From: an uncultured Bacillota bacterium
GTDB taxonomy: Bacteria > Bacillota > Clostridia > Christensenellales > UBA1242
Length of the DNA: 64,000 bases
Direction of reading: 5' to 3'
Assembly (NCBI GenBank): GCA_946495675.1
Contig: CAMMDQ010000001.1
Span: forward strand, 146,225-210,224
Under the pieces are notes generated by a model that saw nothing but the letters and a program-made list of their open reading frames with translations, had not been told where the DNA came from and ran no database searches. Below, piece after piece: positions 60,782 through 64,000 of the stretch. Every line of letters begins with the position of its first letter. The stretch's first letter is position 1. The translations under genes and the position numbers were made by a program.

Positions 60782-62536
60782 ATGGAAGATAAATTTACAG
60801 CTGATCAATTTGAAAAAATGATTTATAATGCGCTCAATCTTGATAGGGATGTTTGGTTTACTGCAAACATTAAAAAAAAGAGTGCTAAAGGCATTAAAGG
60901 TGTCTCGATAACAGTTGAGTGCGATGAGCAAGCCAGAAGAAATAAAATTTCAAATGATGGCAAGAATTCTGGCATAAAATTCCCTTTGGAAGCTAAAAAT
61001 CAACAGTTTACTTGTTCAATAAACGACAATTTAGAGCTTGAGTTTTCCGATAGTATTTCTGATATAAAAAAAGCAAAGATTACCATTGCTTTTAGGAAAT
61101 ATTTTAAACAAGAAAAACTTGAGCTTACACCTGCAGCACAAGAGGCTTTGGATAGTTTAAAAATTCTTTCTTTATATTCTCAATTGGGCAAAGAGCAATC
61201 TGTAAAAGTTTTGCAGATTCCAACAATGATCTTTTCTTCTTTAGTAAAAAACACCGCTTTGGTCGCAACACCATGCTATAATGCTTTAAGCAAAAAACCT
61301 AAAGTGGGAGATATTGTTTGTGTTGAAAATGATCTTATAACCAGCAGGTTTGCTATGGCAAAAAGTCGACCATTTTTGGTTACTGCTATAAGCAAAGATG
61401 GCAGTAAAAGAATTATGGCCGTTCCAATTAGTTCAAAAAACACAGATGCGAAAAAGTTTGGAGAAGACAGCATTTGCTCAATCAGCACAAAGTTTTACAA
61501 TTTAACGCATGAAAATGACAAAAAAGCTGAAACAAATTATCTGCTGTTTGCAAGAACAGAATTTCTTGGACTTGATAAGGTGAAGTCTATCATAGGCAGA
61601 GTTGATGACAGGCAAGCTTTAAAAGAATTTATGAAAAAAGCTAGTGAATATATCGATCAAGCTTTCACCTTAAAATTTAATCCAAAAGATGAAATGGCAA
61701 AAAGTAAAAAATTGCCAGCTAAAAAGGAGAAAATTTCTGAATTAAAGACTTCAGAGTCAACAGAAAAATCTGAAAGCTTGTCAAATAATTTATTGAATAG
61801 TGAAAGCTTAGAGAATAAAAAAGGACTTTTAAAAGAAGAAACAAAAGTAGAAAAAATTAAAGAAGAAACGGTAAACCAAGATGATGTTTTTGTTCCTCTT
61901 AATGAAAAGGAGTTAGGTTCTTTCTATAAAAGTGGAACACTTCATTGCACAGGCAATATATTAGAAAAAATTGATTATAAGAATATACCATTTCAAAAAT
62001 ATCTTAACATTTTTGAAGTAGAATTAAAAAAATTGTTTGCGCAAGGGATGCAAATTGGTGGAATCAAATGTAAAATGATGAATTCGGCAGAAAATAAACA
62101 AGCGAGCTTTGAACCAATGCTTAATGAAACAAATCCAGATGCAGCTTCAACAAGCTATGCAATAACATTTAATGCTTCTCAAAAAAGATTTTCGCAAAAT
62201 CATCCAAAAATTACTATTGAAGCATCTGCTTTTAGGGTAAAACTTGGGCATAACACAAATAAACCAGTTTTCAACAATCTGCTTACCCAAAAATTTAACA
62301 ACATTATGCAAAATAGCTGGGCTTTTTATTATGTTTATTTGGCTTACAACATTCTTCAAGTTGCCAAACAAAACAAATGGAATGTTGAAGATGTAAAACA
62401 GCAGTTATATGGTATGGGGCTAAAATATGATGGAAATTTAAAAGATGTTATTTCCAATCCTAAGCTCAACTTTAAACCAGAATTAGTTTATTGTTATAAA
62501 AATTATTTTGATTGCCCAGAAGATGAAAAAGAATAA
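60782..62536 (+). CDS. 584-aa hypothetical protein with an internal MazF/PemK-like domain
   Basis: Residues ~172-292 read KVGDIVCV...KSRPFLVTAIS...IMAVPISSK...NYLLFARTEFLGLDKVKSIIGRVDDRQALKEFMKKA. These are colinear with the MazF/EndoA motifs GDv..v, RP.lV, vv.iTs and s.vl.eqirtiDk.Rl...iG.ldd. An AGGAGAAG RBS precedes the start. Confidence 0.55.
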   Translation: MEDKFTADQFEKMIYNALNLDRDVWFTANIKKKSAKGIKGVSITVECDEQARRNKISNDGKNSGIKFPLEAKNQQFTCSINDNLELEFSDSISDIKKAKITIAFRKYFKQEKLELTPAAQEALDSLKILSLYSQLGKEQSVKVLQIPTMIFSSLVKNTALVATPCYNALSKKPKVGDIVCVENDLITSRFAMAKSRPFLVTAISKDGSKRIMAVPISSKNTDAKKFGEDSICSISTKFYNLTHENDKKAETNYLLFARTEFLGLDKVKSIIGRVDDRQALKEFMKKASEYIDQAFTLKFNPKDEMAKSKKLPAKKEKISELKTSESTEKSESLSNNLLNSESLENKKGLLKEETKVEKIKEETVNQDDVFVPLNEKELGSFYKSGTLHCTGNILEKIDYKNIPFQKYLNIFEVELKKLFAQGMQIGGIKCKMMNSAENKQASFEPMLNETNPDAASTSYAITFNASQKRFSQNHPKITIEASAFRVKLGHNTNKPVFNNLLTQKFNNIMQNSWAFYYVYLAYNILQVAKQNKWNVEDVKQQLYGMGLKYDGNLKDVISNPKLNFKPELVYCYKNYFDCPEDEKE

Positions 62537-62544
62537 CCAATTTT

Positions 62545-62578
62545 AAGACAAACACATTTTTGTGCTTGTCTTTTTTTT
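62545..62578 (+). terminator. Rho-independent terminator
   Basis: AAGACAAACACA/TGTGCTTGTCTT form the stem with one mismatch, followed by T8. Confidence 0.65.
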
Positions 62579-62672
62579 ACTTAAAATTAATAGTTTTTAA
62601 AGATTTGCAAATTCTTCTTATAGGCAGAATTTGTTTTTTTAAGTTGCTTATAAGATACAATATTTACGAATT

Positions 62673-62900
62673 ATGTCGAAAAAAGGGGAATTTGTGGAAT
62701 ACTTGTCAAATTTTAGTAAGAACTTAAAAATTCTGATGAACGAGCGAAATTTGAAACAAGTTCAAGTCGCAGAAGCTTTGGGTTGCAACAAAGGCACAGT
62801 TTCAAAATGGTTGAATGGGAAAATAGAGCCAGGTCTTGTTTATATTGCAAAACTTCTGAAGATTTTAGACTGCACTTTTGAAGAACTCATTTCCGATTAG
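62673..62900 (+). CDS. XRE-family helix-turn-helix transcriptional regulator
   Basis: The HTH motif reads LKQVQVAEALGCNKGTVSKWLNGK. The start is uncertain (ATG 62673 or the in-frame GTG a few codons downstream). Confidence 0.75.
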   Translation: MSKKGEFVEYLSNFSKNLKILMNERNLKQVQVAEALGCNKGTVSKWLNGKIEPGLVYIAKLLKILDCTFEELISD

Positions 62901-62935
62901 TTTGTTTGTTAAAGTTTTTGTGTTATAATATTATT

Positions 62936-63595
62936 ATGATAAAAATTATTAAAAGTTGGTTTTCTCTTCTGCAAGATGAATTTGCAAAGGATTATTTCAA
63001 GTCTTTGCAAAGTTTTTTAAAAGATGAGTATTCAAACAGAACAATTTTTCCGCAAGAAGAAAACATTTTTAATGCGCTCAATTATGTTCCTTTTGATAAG
63101 GTAAAGGTGGTAATAATCGGTCAAGATCCTTATCATGAGCCAGGGCAAGCTCAAGGATTATCTTTTTCTGTGCCACAAAATTTTCCTTATCCGCCTTCAC
63201 TTGTCAATATTTTTAAAGAGATTGAAGACGATCTGCAGATAAAATGTCAGCCATCTGGCGATTTGACTCGCTGGGCTAAGCAAGGAGTGCTGCTTTTAAA
63301 CTCCGTTTTGACAGTGCGTAAGGGTGCTGCAAATTCACATAAAGATAAGGGTTGGGAAAGGTTGACAGCCAAAATTATAGAGCTGCTTGGCAAGAAAAAA
63401 GAGCCCGTTGTTTTTATGTTTTGGGGTAGCCATGCTCAAAAGTTTGAACCGCTGATTGAAAAACAACATTTGGTGCTTAAAGCACCACACCCAAGTCCAT
63501 TATCGGCATACAGAGGTTTTTTCGGATGTAAACATTTTTCAAAATGTAATGAGTTTTTGCAAAAAAATGGACAAACCCCGATAGATTGGTCTTAA
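62936..63595 (+). CDS. ung: Uracil-DNA glycosylase
   Basis: Motifs GQDPYH, GVLLLN and HPSPLSA are present. The start is taken at the ATG at 62936 (MIKIIKSWF). Confidence 0.92.
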   Translation: MIKIIKSWFSLLQDEFAKDYFKSLQSFLKDEYSNRTIFPQEENIFNALNYVPFDKVKVVIIGQDPYHEPGQAQGLSFSVPQNFPYPPSLVNIFKEIEDDLQIKCQPSGDLTRWAKQGVLLLNSVLTVRKGAANSHKDKGWERLTAKIIELLGKKKEPVVFMFWGSHAQKFEPLIEKQHLVLKAPHPSPLSAYRGFFGCKHFSKCNEFLQKNGQTPIDWS

Positions 63596-63599
63596 AAAG

Positions 63600-63628
63600 T
63601 TGACAAAGCAAAATGATTTTGTTAAACT
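63600..63628 (+). promoter_or_regulatory. SigA-type promoter of the T-box/tyrS transcript
   Basis: TTGACA (63600-63605), a 17-nt spacer, then TAAACT. Confidence 0.45.
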
Positions 63629-63634
63629 TGAGAC

Positions 63635-63918
63635 AGATCAAAATGGTGGGATAGAAAAAGTAGTTTGAAATTTTGGCTTTCAGAGAAAAGGTGGCTGGTG
63701 AAAACCTTTAGCAGATTTTAAATGAATTACATCTATTTCAAGTTTTGCGTGAGCCAACGAACTGGCATAATAAGGAGCAAAGGAGCTGATATTTAGCGGT
63801 TAGGATTGTTTTGGCCGTGTCCGCGTTAAGAATATTGGTTGTCCCCACGCTTAAATTTAGGTGGTACCACGAAACGCACGCTTCGTCCTAAAATATTAGG
63901 CTTTGCGTGCTTTTTTAT
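63635..63918 (+). promoter_or_regulatory. T-box riboswitch leader, Tyr specifier
   Basis: The AGAGA box is present (cagagaaaagg). The candidate specifier UAC lies at 63728-63730, and the T-box sequence AATTTAGGTGGTACCACG at 63854-63871. The terminator GCACGC...GCGTGC plus T6 lies at 63875-63916. Confidence 0.85.
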
Positions 63919-63929
63919 GGGAGGAGAAT

Positions 63930-64000
63930 ATGAAAGTAGATAGAAGTCATTTGTTTGAAACCTTGAAAGAAAGAGGTTATGTATATCAAATGTCGAACGA
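63930..64000 (+). CDS. tyrS: Tyrosine--tRNA ligase, N-terminal fragment (continues beyond the window)
   Basis: A GGGAGGAG RBS precedes the start. MKVDRSHLFETLKERGYVYQMSN fits TyrRS N-termini (L..L..RG...Q.t). A Tyr-specific T-box lies upstream. Confidence 0.7.
   Translation, partial: MKVDRSHLFETLKERGYVYQMSN

Noticed and set aside
2934-62536. A shared acidic C-terminal ending was noticed on the WG protein (…NPDDEKE) and the MazF-like protein (…CPEDEKE). It was considered as a possible sorting or degradation tag.
   Set aside because: There are only two instances in a genome rich in Lys/Glu tails, so the match cannot be distinguished from chance without a proteome-wide count.

Overview
This 64-kb window looks like a chromosomal segment of a low-GC Gram-positive bacterium (Bacillota, probably Clostridia-like). 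The evidence is Firmicute-type gene clusters, a T-box leader, many TTGACA-17-TATAAT promoters with an extended -10, and hairpin plus T-run terminators. The housekeeping backbone is sepF(partial)-lspA-rluD, rplU-prp-rpmA, ogg, floA, yqfC-yqfD-ybeY-era, divergent murB/murC, an enoate-reductase-like flavoenzyme, eno, ndk, a two-gene sufC/sufB-like pair, phosphoketolase, secG-rnr-smpB-ssrA(tmRNA), ung and a Tyr T-box leader with the start of tyrS. Six accessory or unusual regions stand out. (1) A ~4.06-kb integrase island (44.7-48.8 kb) splits a tRNA-Thr(GGU) gene at its anticodon loop. It carries an AAA-ATPase + RloB/Toprim-like (AbiL-type) gene pair, its own intact tRNA-Thr and an extra orphan tRNA 5' half. 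(2) A ~14.3-kb four-gene operon (19.1-33.4 kb) encodes an ABC ATPase, a polytopic permease, a 2091-aa Big_2-array/beta-helix protein and a 1752-aa MBG/YDG-repeat protein. (3) A third membrane-tail-anchored surface protein of 1363 aa lies at 4.2-8.3 kb. (4) A 584-aa protein has an embedded MazF/PemK-like domain. (5) A 69-aa Cys/Gly-rich gene is tightly framed by expression signals. (6) Other unusual genes are a 1256-aa SF1 helicase-nuclease fusion, a signal-less BspA-type LRR protein and a cytoplasmic transglutaminase-like protein. No rRNA, CRISPR array or prophage structural genes were seen. All calls rest on reading the ORF translations and the DNA by eye; no database search was run.
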